Source: Heptranchias perlo (lineage: Eukaryota). From it: a stretch of 64,000 nucleotides of DNA. This document shows positions 1 through 14,146 of the stretch, one piece after another (positions within the stretch are counted from its first letter, which is position 1; the number at the start of each line of letters is the position of its first letter). The translations under genes and the position numbers were made by a program. The stretch covers positions 7,998,001 to 8,062,000 of the forward strand of contig NC_090354.1 in assembly GCF_035084215.1 (NCBI RefSeq). The letters run 5' to 3'. Under the pieces are notes generated by a model. It saw only the letters and a list, made by a program, of their open reading frames with translations, was not told where the DNA came from and did not search any database.

Positions 1-828
1 CAACATTTCAGTAAAGTTAAATTATAGGCTTGTGAAATTTTTATGTTATACTTTAATTGGGCTATGACAAGTGCTCAGCAGTTTTGAGAGTGCGTTGAGC
101 TAGATGCAGGAAAAACAAGGCAGTGGGTTTCAAGCTTTCTGTGAAGGATCCCTGCAAATATTGACCCTTTGACTAACTTCAGACAGTATCAGCTACACAA
201 AGGAAAACAGTGCTATCATTGCAGATTTTTAAAAAATATTAGTATACTGCAACAGAAGCCTGTTAGTAAGACCATTAATACATAATGATCAGATAGAAAA
301 CTATGGTTTGTGGACCCTAGTTTGAGTATCTATGAAGTACTGCTGGTTATAGGTCTGTCAATCGTGGTGGTTATGGTGGGAGCAATTTTGAGATGATAAA
401 ATAAGAGTGTCACACAAGAAAAGAAATTAACTTACCTGCTATTTTTCCTAGCCAAAGAATCTCATTTTCATACTGTTAATCAAATATCGTGACAAGTTTA
501 GATGACCTTTTCAGGAATATATTAAATACATCTGGTACAACTGAGCAGATTTTGATCACCTCCCAGCTCTTGCCATTCAAGAGATTGGTCCTACAAAAGG
601 AGCTCAATATATCCATTTTATACCTACTTTATCACTTGAGTTAGTAACTTTAAGTTACTTACAAGACACTGGCAACTACAATCCATGTATCAACTATTAA
701 CATTTCATCTCTTTCTTGCCCAGAATTCTCAGTAAAATTATGTCTTTGAGAACCAATGCAACTGTAGATTATTTTAATTCACTTTCCTGCCTGTACGTTC
801 CTATCCATAAGTGCAGTTAAAGCTCTTT

Positions 829-1050
829 CCCTAAGCTCTGGAATTCCCTCCCTAAACCTCTCCACCTCTCTGCCTCTCTCTCCTCCTTTAAGACACTCCT
901 TAAAATCCACCTGTTTGACCAAACTTTTGGTCACCTGCCCTAATACCTCCTTATGCGGCTCGGTGTCAAATTTTGTCTGATAACGATCCTGTGAAGCACC
1001 TCGGGACATTTTACTACGTTAAAGGCGCTAAATAAATGCAAGTTGGTGTT
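829..1050 (+). mobile_element. L2-clade LINE 3' end
   Basis: CTGGAATTCCCTCCCTAAACC...AAAGGCGCT.AATAAATGCAAGTTG; recurs at 3550, 4655, 28640, 29905(-) and 61460. Confidence 0.8.
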
Positions 1051-3549
1051 TGAACAGGACTGAGATACAAGTCATTGGTTTGGTCACAATAGTACAGTTT
1101 CAAATGTTGCACATTCCTCAGGTATATGCAACATTTGAAATTATACTATCCTAACCAAACTAATGATTTGTACATGATATAGAATATGCCATGCTTGAAA
1201 TCCATACCATAATGAGCTGATCTATGTCATAATCTTCTAGGTTTTACAAACAAAATATTTCTAATAGCAGGTACATACAAGATATCATGCAGGCTGGATT
1301 GTAACAGGCTGAGTTCAGATAACATTATCTAACCTAAGAATGAAGTATCCTTTCGTATTATTGCACTGTGCTGAAATTTTATTGTACTAGAAGTAGTTTG
1401 ATGTGGAACATAAATATTATAAAGGTCATTTCTATTCAGGTTACAGGAGCAGGAATTCAATCTCCTTTTCCTCTTCATCTTCTCTTGAAGATACTGATTC
1501 TTGATGGGGGTACAGTTCCATACATACTAGCAACCCTTCTCGTACCTCATCTAAGTGGCCATTCTTCTTTTGTGAACCTAGATAGTGAACGTTTGTCAGT
1601 CTAATCAACCATGAGGCCAACGTGATCCAATCCAATCCTGTCCTGGCGTGACGTTGCAACATAGAATAATGATCAGGAGCAGGAACCCCAACCCACGGCC
1701 CCTTGAGGCTAGTTGTTACTGTCACCTCGCCAGAGGTCTGCTAACTTAACACAGATGACCAGGGGATTCACATCTGAGGTTGTCCTGCTCTAGCATTTAA
1801 CCCACTGATGGAGGTTTCTTCTTTATCATACTGACATCTACTTGGTCATTCTATAAAGTCACTGAACACAATTGGAAAATGATATGCAGTTCTGAATATG
1901 TCATGAACATCATGAGAAACATTTTCCTGCTATGTAAATGACCGTGTGATGCCTCAATAGCTTTGATTCAATTTAAAATAATATTCCACCATTTACCAGA
2001 AGCTAAAAGTTTTACTTGCAAGTTTAGGGGTTTGAATCAAAGTCGTCTGATAGTTAATCCAATATCTATTTACGCCAAGTAACCAGCTCTAGTGTGAAAT
2101 TACTCAAAAATTCCTACTAATCATTGAGCCCCAATCAAGATTTGGTCGCAGTGTCCGCACAGAGTAAGAGAGGGGTTGAGAAATAAACTACTGGAGGATG
2201 ACATTAAGCACCTCTGCGTCACACAGAAAGCCGTCTGGAGACAGCCAGAGATTCTTCCAAATGCTAAAGTCCCAGCCCGTACTCTCCATGGAGTCTATTT
2301 CATGGGCACTGCCAGCCCTTGGATATTTTACCCATGTGTCCATCCTTCAAACGTGAGCCTAGCGAATGTCAGAAGGCCATTTAACTTGTGTGGGGATCGC
2401 AGCCAGGCCTGGTCCTGCATTCATCCAATGTGCACACACAAGCACTTTCAAGCACGGTTGCTGTATAGCACTGCAGCAGGGACCCTGGCTCAGTTTTCTT
2501 CTTCCAAGCCCGTGAGCTGAAACCAATAGTAAGACCTTAGCTGCTGGCTGAGCTGAGATCAACTAACTCAGCCCAGATTGAACCTGGGACCTTCCTGGTC
2601 TGGATAGTTTTGTACAGGGAAGTGTATGTATCGAGTGACCTATCAGAACATTTTTTCTTTCCCCATAAACTGATTAAATTGCCTGTCAGGTGTCTAGTAA
2701 AGAACTATGTGGATGACAGCACCAACATGAAAACTAAGCACATCACTAAACACAAAGTCACGAGTCACGGTACACTTACTGGTTTTAACTTGCACGAACT
2801 TTAGCACCACCCTGTCCTGACCCATCAGTACTTTGGGTTTTGTTTTAGTGTTAAGCTTTGTACAGTACTTAATGTTAAAATTTTGATGCATACATTAATA
2901 CTGAAACTTCACATGAGTAAAATTGGAACACAAGCTCTTCTAAGACCAGGAGAGAGGTGGTTAATGTTGTCCTGCCCACCACCTCACCATGCTGCTTGGT
3001 TGAACCATTTCAGGCCTGCAGTGACCCTTCTGTGCAAATTGCTCACCCCCTTCCATAATAATGGAAAATCAACGCTGCCAACACCCACAATGTTGCTAAC
3101 AGTTTATTGATTTTGCACCATTGTTTTAATGATCATGATTCACCAAGATAGAGAGAGGAAAAAAATCTTTCTTTTTCACCCTGATGAATCATACATTTTT
3201 AAGGGTTGGTACAGAATCAATAAATTAAACAAAAAAAAATCACAGTATTAGCAGCATCGATTATTGGAATCTTCCATTTTAGATGTTAGTCATTGAACTG
3301 GCATTTTCCCAGCATTCTTTACTTCAATATGTCAGCTTCTTAGAAAAAAGAAACTCTTTTCTTCTGATTTACTTCAGCATTGAATAAAATGTTAAACTTA
3401 TATTTTTGAGATGGTACAAAAGGAAATTAATTATAAATGTCAATGCAGCTATTTGAACAGCCCACATTTGCATTTTAAAAATTAGTTTGAAAGGGGGAGG
3501 AAAAAGACTGAGGGTGATAAGGCGTTCCACCATTTTGAGGTCCTACGAT

Positions 3550-3780
3550 CAATTCTGGCCTCTTCAGCATCCCTGCTTTTCATCGCTCCACCAAGGCCTT
3601 GTCTTCAGCTGCCTAGGCCCTAAGTTCTGGAATTTCATTCCTAAACCTCTCTACCTCTCTCTCCTTAAAACCTCTCTTTTGGTCACCTGTTCTAATGTCT
3701 CATGTGGCTCGGTGTCGAATTTTGTTTGATAACGCTCCAGTGAAGTGCCATGGGACTATGTTAAAGTTATTGTTGTTGAG
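3550..3780 (+). mobile_element. L2-clade LINE 3' end
   Basis: [12 protein letters not shown] motif and the shared tail. Confidence 0.78.
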
Positions 3781-4654
3781 ACTGATTTCAACACTGAGAA
3801 GGATGGGCATGTAGGTCAGCTTATTTGGAGCTTGGGAAGAACAGGGGAAAGTTCTGAGCATCAATGGCCATAATCTAGTTTCAATAAAACAAAAGCAATA
3901 GAGATGGAGGCTGCAGGCTGGAGGTGCAAAGGAAAAATTCATCAGGCAATATCTATCCTGGCCTGAAGTGCAAGAGAGGGGCGAGAAGGGCTGCTCCAGA
4001 TGCGGGAGCAGGCTTCAATTAGTGTTCAGACTTGGGCTTTATAAGGCAGCGGAGAACTGTTCTTCGGGCATGCAAGAGGCAGCTTGAGCAATGGAGATGC
4101 AGAAGGAGCAGAGAAGGCTAAGAATGTTAATAGCTGAAGAGTGGAGCTATTAATGGTAAGGTTACAGAAGTACAGGTTCTCAAGCTGGTCACTGGTTCAC
4201 ATCACTTAACACCAGGTCTTGCCGAGTACCTGGGCTTTGTGCTGTATTTCAAGCAGAGTCCCAATGCCAGTAGTTTATTTCCAGGTTCAAACCATGCAGA
4301 AACTTTGCATACTGTGTGCTGCTGGGTGACTGAGCTCTCCGCTGTGAGTTCCTGTTGTGAATTAACAGCCTCTCAATGCGAATCCAGATGTTGAGATCTG
4401 ATAAGTGTTAATCAGTACATTTTCTTCATTTGTTCAAAGGTGCAACATATCTAGAAAAACAGAACCTATCTTAATAGGTCATCACCATCTTCCTTCAGAA
4501 AAAGATGTACTAAGCAAACTGTTCCAGAGAGGATGACACAGATTGATGCTTACTTTTATGGGTAAATACAACATTGTGCTGAACTGGCAGGCGTTCTGGT
4601 AAAGTTAGGTTACTTTATGTAGATGAATACTCTGCTAAATAAGGAGTTGGAAAC

Positions 4655-4865
4655 ACTCTGGAATCCCCTCCCTAAACCTCTTTGCCTCTACTTCTCTCTC
4701 CTCCTCAGTCACTCCTTAATACCTACTTCTTTGACCAAGCTTTTGGTCACCTGTCCTCATCTCTTTATGTAGCTCGGTGTCAAATTTTGTCTGATAATGC
4801 AGGAGTGAAGTGCCCAGGGACATTTTTACTATATTAAAAGGCCCTATATAAATGCAAGTTGTTGA
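4655..4865 (+). mobile_element. L2-clade LINE 3' end
   Basis: Shared tail with 829-1050. Confidence 0.8.
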
Positions 4866-5834
4866 GTTACTGGGGTCTCATTAAATGAACAAGTTTCATC
4901 CTCAGTACCCCTTTTAAAAATCAGATCCATAAGGTGCAGGTACTGCTCAGTTTATGAAGCTCACATATGCTTTATAAGGTCTGTTAGATAACAGTATCAA
5001 AGCATTAGCTTTTTTTACATTAAATGGAACAACTTTAAAAAAAACACAATAAGCATGTAAATTCTAAAACACTTGCATCATTTTCCCCTGTATTGTGTTG
5101 AAATTACTTTGTGTAAAGCTGCAGCACCATCTACTGCTGTTAAAAATGAACTACACACCATCCTACTTCAGAAAACGACGTACGAAGTAAACCATTCCAC
5201 AGAGGATGACGGGGAGGTTCCTACATTGACTAAGGCAAATCGATTACTCAAAATTTACCCCCCACTGTAGCACACAGCAATGCTGGACATAGGGAATGTC
5301 ATTATTTGCCTTGTGTTGCTTGACGTAAACTACAGGAAGTACATCATATCTGTACATCATGCTGTCATTTCCATCTTCTTACCATTATACCCATCCATAT
5401 TTGGTTGGAAGTATTATACGACCGACATCACTTCCTGCAGGAAATCCTGGAAGAACTCTCCACCCAATTTCCTCCCCTGCACACCAGCATTACACCAATT
5501 TACTAGCATAACTGTCCAGGAAAATCAGCCTGGTCAAGAATATGTGGGCTAATGAACATGCATGAGGGTTCAGAAAGAATGTCCCAAATACCCCCTTTAT
5601 ACTCCAGAGGGAGCCTCCGGCAGGAAGGACAGCCACAACTTTGTTGCGACTGCACACACAGTGTTCCCCAATCTGTCGAATACAAGCACATTTACTGAAC
5701 CACTTACATTGGAAACGCCCGAGTTAGCTGAACTCAGCTGAGAAGGAAGGCAAGGTACCACAACTGACCTGTTCCCCTTGGGCTAAAGGAGGTGGGGAAA
5801 CCATCAGTCAGAGTTGCCACTCCAGAAGCATATC

Positions 5835-6042
5835 AGGTCTGCAACTCTCTTCCCCCAAAAAGCTGTTGAGGCTGGGGGACAATTGAAAATTTCAAAACTG
5901 AGATTGATAAGATTTTTGTTAGGCAAGGGTATTAAGGGTCATGGGACCAAAGTGGGTAGATGGAGTTAAGACACAGATCAGCCATGATCTAACTGAATGG
6001 CGGAAGAGGCTCGAGGGGCTGAATGGCCTACTTCTGTTCCTA
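5835..6042 (+). mobile_element. CR1 3' end inserted into an older SINE-like element
   Basis: Near-identical to the ends of the copies at 40845-41170 and 54545-54922 (GATCAGCCATGATCTAA..GAATGG). Confidence 0.85.
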
Positions 6043-6401
6043 AGTGACACCTGCCAGAGAAACGTGTGTGTGTGTGTGCGCGCGTATACACTATCAAAAT
6101 CAGCTGATAGCCTTCCTTAACACTATTCTGGGCTCATTCATGAAGAATGGCCACTTGAGCAAGGCACAGGAGAGCTACCAATGCCTTCAGAACCAAATCC
6201 CAGTTTGAATCCATGTCTCTGGGGCAGAAGGGGAGAAAATTGAAGGATGGAAAAAATGGGAAATAAAGATATAATTAAACACACACATCATTACACAGGG
6301 CCTGGTCGCCTTGCAACTGGGAGGAAAAAACTACAAGCACTCAGGAATGAGACATGATTATGTTTTTAATAAACATTTTTTGAAGGTGCAAAGTACAAGG
6401 T

Positions 6402-6415
6402 TTTAATAATTTATT
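6402..6415 (-). terminator. Distal candidate poly(A) signal (AATAAA followed by ATTAAA)
   Basis: Minus strand reads tgtttAATAAAttATTAAAaccttgtacttt, with U-rich sequence further downstream. Confidence 0.3.
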
Positions 6416-7949
6416 AAACATCTTGTCAGACTGTGCTCAAATGGAAGTTTCATTTCATTTCAATGCAAAGTAGGTATAAGTAAAACTCCTGATTACACAA
6501 GACCCATGTGTATATTGCTCCAATCATTATTTCCCCAAACTATACAAAGATTTCCTAAATTTCATAATTTAGACAGAATGACATGACATCTCTTTTCCAC
6601 AAGCTCCAGACTTGCTTTAACATTTCAAATGATCCCTGCTAATTGTTTCCGTGCCTGGATCAGTCCAGTTTTCCCTCCAATCTCAACATACTGCGTTAGT
6701 GACGCTAACAAAAGTGCCAGTCTTAGGACAGTAATGGTGATACTACACTTGTGTCTTAAAATGGGCACTGGATTTTCATTTGGATGGAAGTACTGACAAC
6801 TTGTATTGTGGTGGCAAATGGGTGCCAGATTTACATTGGCCCAAGTATGAATGGTGCAGTGTATTGGAGAACCAAAAACATAGTGCTATGGAGTGGTAGG
6901 ACATGGGAGTCAATGTTTACTCAAGAATTCCCCTTTTCAGTGCTGGCAGGGGGCAGCACGAGTGGCAGCCAAGCACTTACCTACAAGAGGAGGAACCAGA
7001 GCAGCCCCTCATAGTCACTATTATCGATCCTTGTTGGAAACCATGTGTACGTGGATGTTGGGTGAGGGTAAGATTGGGCGTGGCCATCACGCTCTTCACA
7101 GATCACAACGTGGGATGTCAGGTTAAATGGCTATTCTAGAGATTTGATTTTACCACTGGGAAGGTAGAGATAAACTCAGCAGAAACCGTTCTTCAGGATA
7201 TTAAATAAGTTGGGGGACAGTCCGTGATATAGCAGATTGTATACCGCCTGTAGAAGAAATGGGCATGAAGGGCCAAATGGCCTTTTCTCAATCTGCGTTT
7301 TCTTGTATAAAAACAGAAAACGCTGGAGAAACACAGCAGGGCGGTCAGCTTCCGTAAAAAAAGAAAAGTGATTTAAATTTAATCACTGCACAACGAGGAG
7401 CTCCTCGAATGAGGTGCGCCGACCCCTTTGCTCCATTCTCCACTCCACTCTCCCAGACAGCGAGGCCCACAACAGGAGTCATCTCACAAAATTTACTCTT
7501 CATTGTAACCGTGATCACAGAAACTAGACGCAGGGCAACATTGGCAAGCTTCGGCCCCAGTGACATTAGAGGATAGAAGAAGCTTTGTCCCCATCAAACC
7601 CCCCTCTCAGCCATGAAATGTAGCTAATGATACAAATACTCTTAATAAAAGAATCAGGGATATGTATACGAAGAAATACTATTGTGGTTCCAGTCCTGCT
7701 GGGACCATAGGAAGGTCATCTGTGAAATACAGTCCATTATCATTGAAAAATGTAGATTGTAAGGTTACAGGGACATCCTGGGGTTTTACCTTGTTACCGT
7801 GGCAGGGTTAGAAAGAAATTTCAGGCAGCTTTATGTGTCATTATTAATTTCCTTCCAGAAATAAACCAAGTTGGAGAGACTCTACAACAGTGCAAACTGT
7901 ACCAGTTTATTGGAGGGGGTGTGACAAGCCAATGTGTCTTTTCACATGA

Positions 7950-8990
7950 TACATCATCTTGAAAATAATTGATTCTGGCACTGAACCAAAAGAAAGGATT
8001 TCTAACAACCGTAGTGAGCAAGGCACAGAAACAATGGTCATTGAACTACTGCCCTAGAGACAATATCCTCTTTCTCAGAGTGGCATCTAAAAGTGTCCAA
8101 AATCAAATCTGCTTGATGTATGATTTTTCACTCCTAAAAGTCCGTACCATATGAAGGTCACATGTACACCTCCCGGTACCAACCATTACAGGCGCGTTTT
8201 GGGTGGAGAGGTAAAATGTTAGTGATGGTGGGCGGGGCTAGATTACTAATCTGGTTAGCAGAGAAGGGCAACAGAACAAGATTAGGGTCAAAAACAGTCC
8301 TGATGCCATTAGTGAAAGCAGACTTTGAAAACATATCCATGGGCAGGATGGGAAAAAAAGGGACCGATCTTGACCTGGATATCAAAAGGTGTCCAAAGTT
8401 CAGACATTGTACATTGTTCCTTATTTGGTAACACGTGTAGCTTCACTTTGAGCCCCTCTATGGTCATCGGTCATTTATTTGAAAACCAACATGATCAGAA
8501 GTCTAAGTCCCAGCTGAGACACCATTGGGTTCATTGGTATCGAATTGGGCATCGCCTTGCAAGCCTTAATAATGGAGCATGTGAGCAAAAGGTAGTTCAA
8601 CAAGAACCATCTTTAATCCACTTAGACATGCAAGACCTGTCAAAACTATCACAGAATTGCAGTAGTTATGAATGAAGTCAATAGAAAAGAGTATCAGGCA
8701 GAGTGCCAAATTTGCCAAGGTGAATTTATACCCCATGATACTTATTCGGATCGAGAAAGTAAATCCAGATCAACACTTTCAGATTTGTGGGACAAGAGCA
8801 CATTTAAAGTCAGAGTGTAGGAAGTATTTCTTTGCACAAGAGGGTTTTCAACAGCTGGATTCGGATTACTGGAAGGGCGATCGAGTCCAGGACACCAGGC
8901 CCATCAAGTGACAGCTAGGTATTGCAATGGAAAGCAGGTAGATTTGGTATTCTTGGAAGGATGAAATCAGTGGACTGTCTTCATTCAAAT
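7950..8990 (+). mobile_element. Very old, heavily decayed CR1-like ORF2 remnant
   Basis: Faint traces of WL..R.QR and RKYFF.QR motifs and a CR1-type 3' end; by eye only. Confidence 0.4.
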
Positions 8991-11900
8991 CTAGCTCGTG
9001 ACTGATCTCAATTACCCCATTCCCAGACTGAAAGTAGAACTTGAACGGGCAGAACTTTTATATGGGAGAAAAAAGTCAGAAAATTGGTACATAATTTAAG
9101 AAAAAAACTGAACGTTCTCTATGTTACCAATGCCAAAGTTGTTCCTTAAATCCACTTCAATTTAGCAGGTATTAAGAATGTCGTTTTGGTCTGTACATCA
9201 TGTGTCTCAGGTCACACATTTTACAGATTTGATTTTGGCAGCTTTAAAACTTACCCTGGTTTACAAAAGGATTAGTGTCTCATAAAATATCATGGAAGCG
9301 AAGTGATTGGAAAATGTATCACAAGAGTTATTGTATTGAGAATAATCGATAAACCGACAAATCATCATACCTCAGTAAATTACAACACAAGCGTAACATC
9401 ACGTGTTCTGATAAGGTTGTCTACCGTCTGCCCGCAGACAATGACATCCCACTTCATAGGTATAAATACCAGCTTTATACAGCATTCGAAGCATCAGACA
9501 GTAATTAATAATGATAAAAGTGAGCGATGAACATTTCCACACTCCAAGAACAGTTTCAAAAACACATCTAAGGTATTCAGTCCAGACACTAAAGTACCTA
9601 CAACTGGGATGGACAATCTGTATGAGAGTAGGAACCTTCTATAACCAGAAGGAGATTCCAAGTCGGATGTTCATTTATTAATTTATTTCCTTTTAAGTTT
9701 CCCTCTCTGCACCTTCATGCGATCTTGGTTCGCCTGAGGGCAGCAAGAGTGCGTGCAGCCCAACAACCTTCTCCACAGCTCCTCATCTAATGAAGGGTCT
9801 CTTCCAATACATGAACTTTTTTCTCTTTCAGCTCCTGACTAGAAAGTGCTGTAAATGTGCAGCAAAATCAATTTTCTTTATTCATTTTTATGACTCTCAG
9901 TTTTGACCAGCAAGCACCAAGTTATTGATCATGTGACAGGTAGATATGAAAAAAATGTTTTTTTTTTAAATTTGGAGTGAGAAATCCAGGATTATTCACT
10001 GCAATGGTCTGGTACACTCACATTTAAACCGGAAAGAATTTGCTGACATCCCATTCGCAAACTCCTCCCACCCCCTCTCCTCATGCTGACGCCTATGGGG
10101 CTAGGATTCCGCAGGCCTGTTAACCCATCCAAGTGGTCATTTTTCCCCTCACACGTGAGCCTAGTCAGTCAGATATTTTATCACGAAGGGGCATCACAAT
10201 GGGAATCTACACCCTGTCCTGATGCAATGCTCACTCTGCGTGTTGTCCAGGATGAAGCACTGACGAGCAATCAGGAACAGGACACCTAGCTGATTCGTCC
10301 CCTACCCAAGCCCAGGGCTACTGAGGCTAATTGTAACTCCCTGGCAATTGCCCTGGCTGAGGGGCAGCCTTTTCTCCCTTCCCAACAAAACAATTCAAGA
10401 TTATCAACGTAGGAATGATTAAAAAGTTATATTGAGGCACCCAAAATTATATGAGTACATATTAATGGTGGGTTTTTTTTAGTGCCTAAACTAAGCACAT
10501 AAATAATTGTACATGTTCAAGGTAAGGGAAATGCCCCCACGTGAAAAATAAAATGTTAAACATTAAAAACATAAACAAACTTCTTACTGCTCTATAAATA
10601 TGAGCACTGGCTCCCAACAGTTAAGCAGTATATTAATATATTGCTAGGCCTTAAATATTTAATTGTAAATGGTAACATTAGATATACTAGGAAGTATTTC
10701 AGTCATCTTGGTGTGACACTTGAGGGTGCATTTCAGAACAATGAATTTCACAGAGTCTATTGCTGCTTAACCATCATTCTACCCAACTTCCTGCTATGGC
10801 TCTGTTGTGCCTTGGCCAATATTGATAGGGAAAACTCAACAGGGAGTGTTGCCAGTCTAATCACCAGCAGGGGGCATCACAGCTGAGCTCCATCCTTTCC
10901 TTACCTGATGCCCACACGGCATTTCCAGCAAAGATTTTGGGGGTGGGGGGGGGGGGTGGGAGGTGTGTCGATGAAACGTGATCGGGAGTAGGAACCTTGG
11001 CCGACTTTGCCCTCCCTAACCTACAGCTGCTGGAGCCAATTCTAGTGCCCCTACCACCGCCCCTCCCCCACCCCACCCGAGGCCAGCGAACCTAGCACAG
11101 ACACAGGACTGAACCTGGGACGTTCTTCTCCAGCGCTCAAAGGCTCAACCTGGGAACTCCGAGGTCTTTATGGTTCAATTACTGGCTGGGATAAATCCAC
11201 TGGTGGGAGCTGGATCGTACAATTTATTCAATCCAACATAAAGATACGATACTCTTGATACTGTGTAGATAAGAATCACAACCTCATGACAATCGCTACA
11301 CAAAACACTGAAGACGACCGTCATTGTACCAGTCCTGATCTAGGATTCCATTATCACCATCAGAGCCACCCAGTCTCAAATGAGAGACAGTGACTGCACA
11401 AGGAAGTTTCTTCTCATAGGTCCAGTGAACTTCAATAAAGGGCCTCACGAGTGTCACCAATACTAGGTCCTGTGCAAGGCTATTTTTTTTGTGGCTGTAG
11501 ACCGTTCACAGTACCCTTTGCTGAACTACAGCCTTCCCTAGCTGTGTACGCAAATCTTCAGTAACTGCGCGTGCACGTATTTGTGCCTAGACGGTCGTTT
11601 CCCCGTCGTCACTGGTGCCTTGAATTCCACCCTGAAATGGGGCAGAGGGATTCCTGATCACTGGGAGTCGCAGCCGTTTGCTGCGAAACTACAAGTGGTC
11701 CCACAATATAACATAGCAACAATTTGGCAAGCACCAGTATTTTATATCATCTACACTGCATTATACGCCACTTATACGTCTCTAGAGGCAGCCTATAATA
11801 TAACGTGATGGCGAACATGCACACGGTGGCAAGGAGACAATACGTGCCTGCGGAGGATAGAAACACCATTTCTTAGAGGGCTTCCATTCCTTTCTTCTGG

Positions 11901-13824
11901 AGGCAAAACACGACTAGTATCAAAGGTCACGGCCATCAGCAGTGCAGTTGCTACTGTGCAGTCAGCATTGATTGCAGGCCCCATGCCCAGACTGTGAGTT
12001 CAGCAGTAATATTTTTAAGATTGCTGACCTGTAACCGAGTGAGTTCCTGCCATGTGAGTAGGGCAAAGAGCATGGACTGGCGCAAATGAGCAGGGGGACG
12101 AAACTGGTACAAACAACTGCACAGGTTTGAGTGAGCAAAGCCAGAACTCACTACAGAAATAAGATGAAGTAACACTATGCACCACTTAGACACACTTTAC
12201 TTTAATCACATTTCTCCCCCACACTCTTGATGGTGCTGACTATATCCTGGAGTACAGCTCCATAGTGCTGACAGCATATTACGGACCATTACCGATATGA
12301 AACGTTATGTGCTGTGCCACTTTTACTTTTGTAACTCTTTTTGTGCTGTGCTGGTGCATCACGAGGAATTGCTTTGAGACCACCTAAACTCATTTTACAT
12401 TCTAAACTCATTCCTAAAAAGTTAGTGCAGAGATCCCACCAGTCAGGACATCCTGGCAGTAATTCAATCCTTGGTCCCTTGAAGTAAAAGGACACAGTGT
12501 TGTGATGCCAGTGTGTCAGTACCTTATTGCTCAATCCTGTGGATCATTCATATTTAATGGCACAGTCCTCCCAAGCCTCTGTCATTGTTTCTACACAATT
12601 ATATGCACAACAGAAAACCTGCCTCTATATGCCTCCTAAAGACCCTCCTTTGACTGTGCTTTCACTCCCTCACTCTTACTCAGTGTCCACCTGTTAACCA
12701 CTGCCCTGTATTGGGCTCCGAGTCATCTCTCTCAGTACACAAGGAACTGCGTACAAATGTAAGCTGGGTTTAGGATCCGGTGTCATTTTAAAGTGTTCTT
12801 TTTCACTTGCCAGTGCTTATTCTGCCTTTTAAAGAAATTACAAACTATACTTGCTGTGCAAAAAAAGTATTTGAAAAGATTGAAAATAATCTTTTTTAAA
12901 AAAAGCCCAAATACTCATCTCTTTAATAAGTGCTGTTGTACAACAGAAAACCAGTGCTCCCCCTGCAAATATGCTGATATTTTAATTCTCATTGTTCCCA
13001 GGGGTTTTGTACATATGCACAAGTTGCTGCACAAGATGCAACACTCACTTTGTGCCTTGTGCAGCCAGAACTGTTTCCACAGTGTCATGACCTCTCCAGT
13101 GAGATATTTTCTTTATTCGTGCAATGAACAGTCTCTTCAGACAAAAAGAAAGTGATCTTTAAATCAATTCTACAACACTTAAATCGTTGAATGCTCTTTT
13201 TTGACTTATGCAATACATCGTTTGAATCTCACATGAATTCATAATCTAAGGGATGGTGGGGGGGGGAAGGGGTTGGAGATCCATTCCCAAATATTCAGTT
13301 ACATTGTCAGTTTTAAGAAGTTTGCACAGAGAGCAGGGAGACTGCATTAGGGATTCTTCCCCACTGCTGAACACCTCCATACCAAAAAGCTGCATCACAG
13401 ACAGCTCCTATGTTCCAAACCAAACTTTTACCCAATGAAGTGTGGGTGCCGATTCCAAGTAATGATATATAAAAGGCATCATGTAACCAGTCAGACTTTC
13501 AAAAGCAGTGAACTAAATTATAAAATGAAAACTAATCTTCCAGAACCAGCAATAAATATATTTTTAAAAAATTTGATTTTTTTTTTAGAAACTAAAATCA
13601 TTCATAAAACGAGCGGTTTGGTAAAACATCAGAAGATTATTTTACACGGGAAACAGAGTGTGGAACTTTCAAACAGAAAGATGTTGATGGAGTAAAGACA
13701 AGGACAGATGTGCACACGTCACAATTAAGACAGGTGATATGGGTAGCAAGTGCAGAAACCTTACAGTGTATTTCTAAATAATGCACTTTGAGATAACTAG
13801 AGACGCCCCTACTCCCTCGCTCAT

Positions 13825-13830
13825 TTTATT
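13825..13830 (-). terminator. Proximal candidate poly(A) signal AATAAA of OSBPL7
   Basis: AATAAA on the minus strand about 210 nt after the stop codon; motif only. Confidence 0.3.
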
Positions 13831-14037
13831 TGCTTTAGAGTGAGGAGGGGAGGGGGTTCTTTTAGCAGCAGGTACACTGTTCTTTGCCTCTGACAGATGT
13901 GTGCTGGCTAATTGTGCTCTCTATATAAAACTTAAGGCACCTGCTGAGAGGTATACCTGAGAAGCAGGGTCTGGGGGTAGGGCGGAAGAAAGAAGAGGCG
14001 CCATGCCTTCGACATAGCACAGCCTGTAACTGTGTTC

Positions 14038-14146
14038 TCACCACAGCACTGGGTTGTCCACCTTTGAGAATCCAGGATCTTTCCTCAGTTCCCAGTAAGT
14101 ACCGTTGCTCATCCATGATTCCTTTCCATTGGCATCAATGGTTTTC
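14038..14146 (-). CDS. OSBPL7: Coding exon 22 (terminal): [35 protein letters not shown]
   Basis: tcttccttccag| acceptor; TGA at 14040-14038; VLW C-terminus typical of OSBPL3/6/7. Confidence 0.96.

Noticed and set aside
430-480. Minus-strand CAG|GTAAGT donor with a 37-nt open stretch (YENEILWLGKIA)
   Set aside because: Weak acceptor, no recognisable homology and no partner exons; likely chance.
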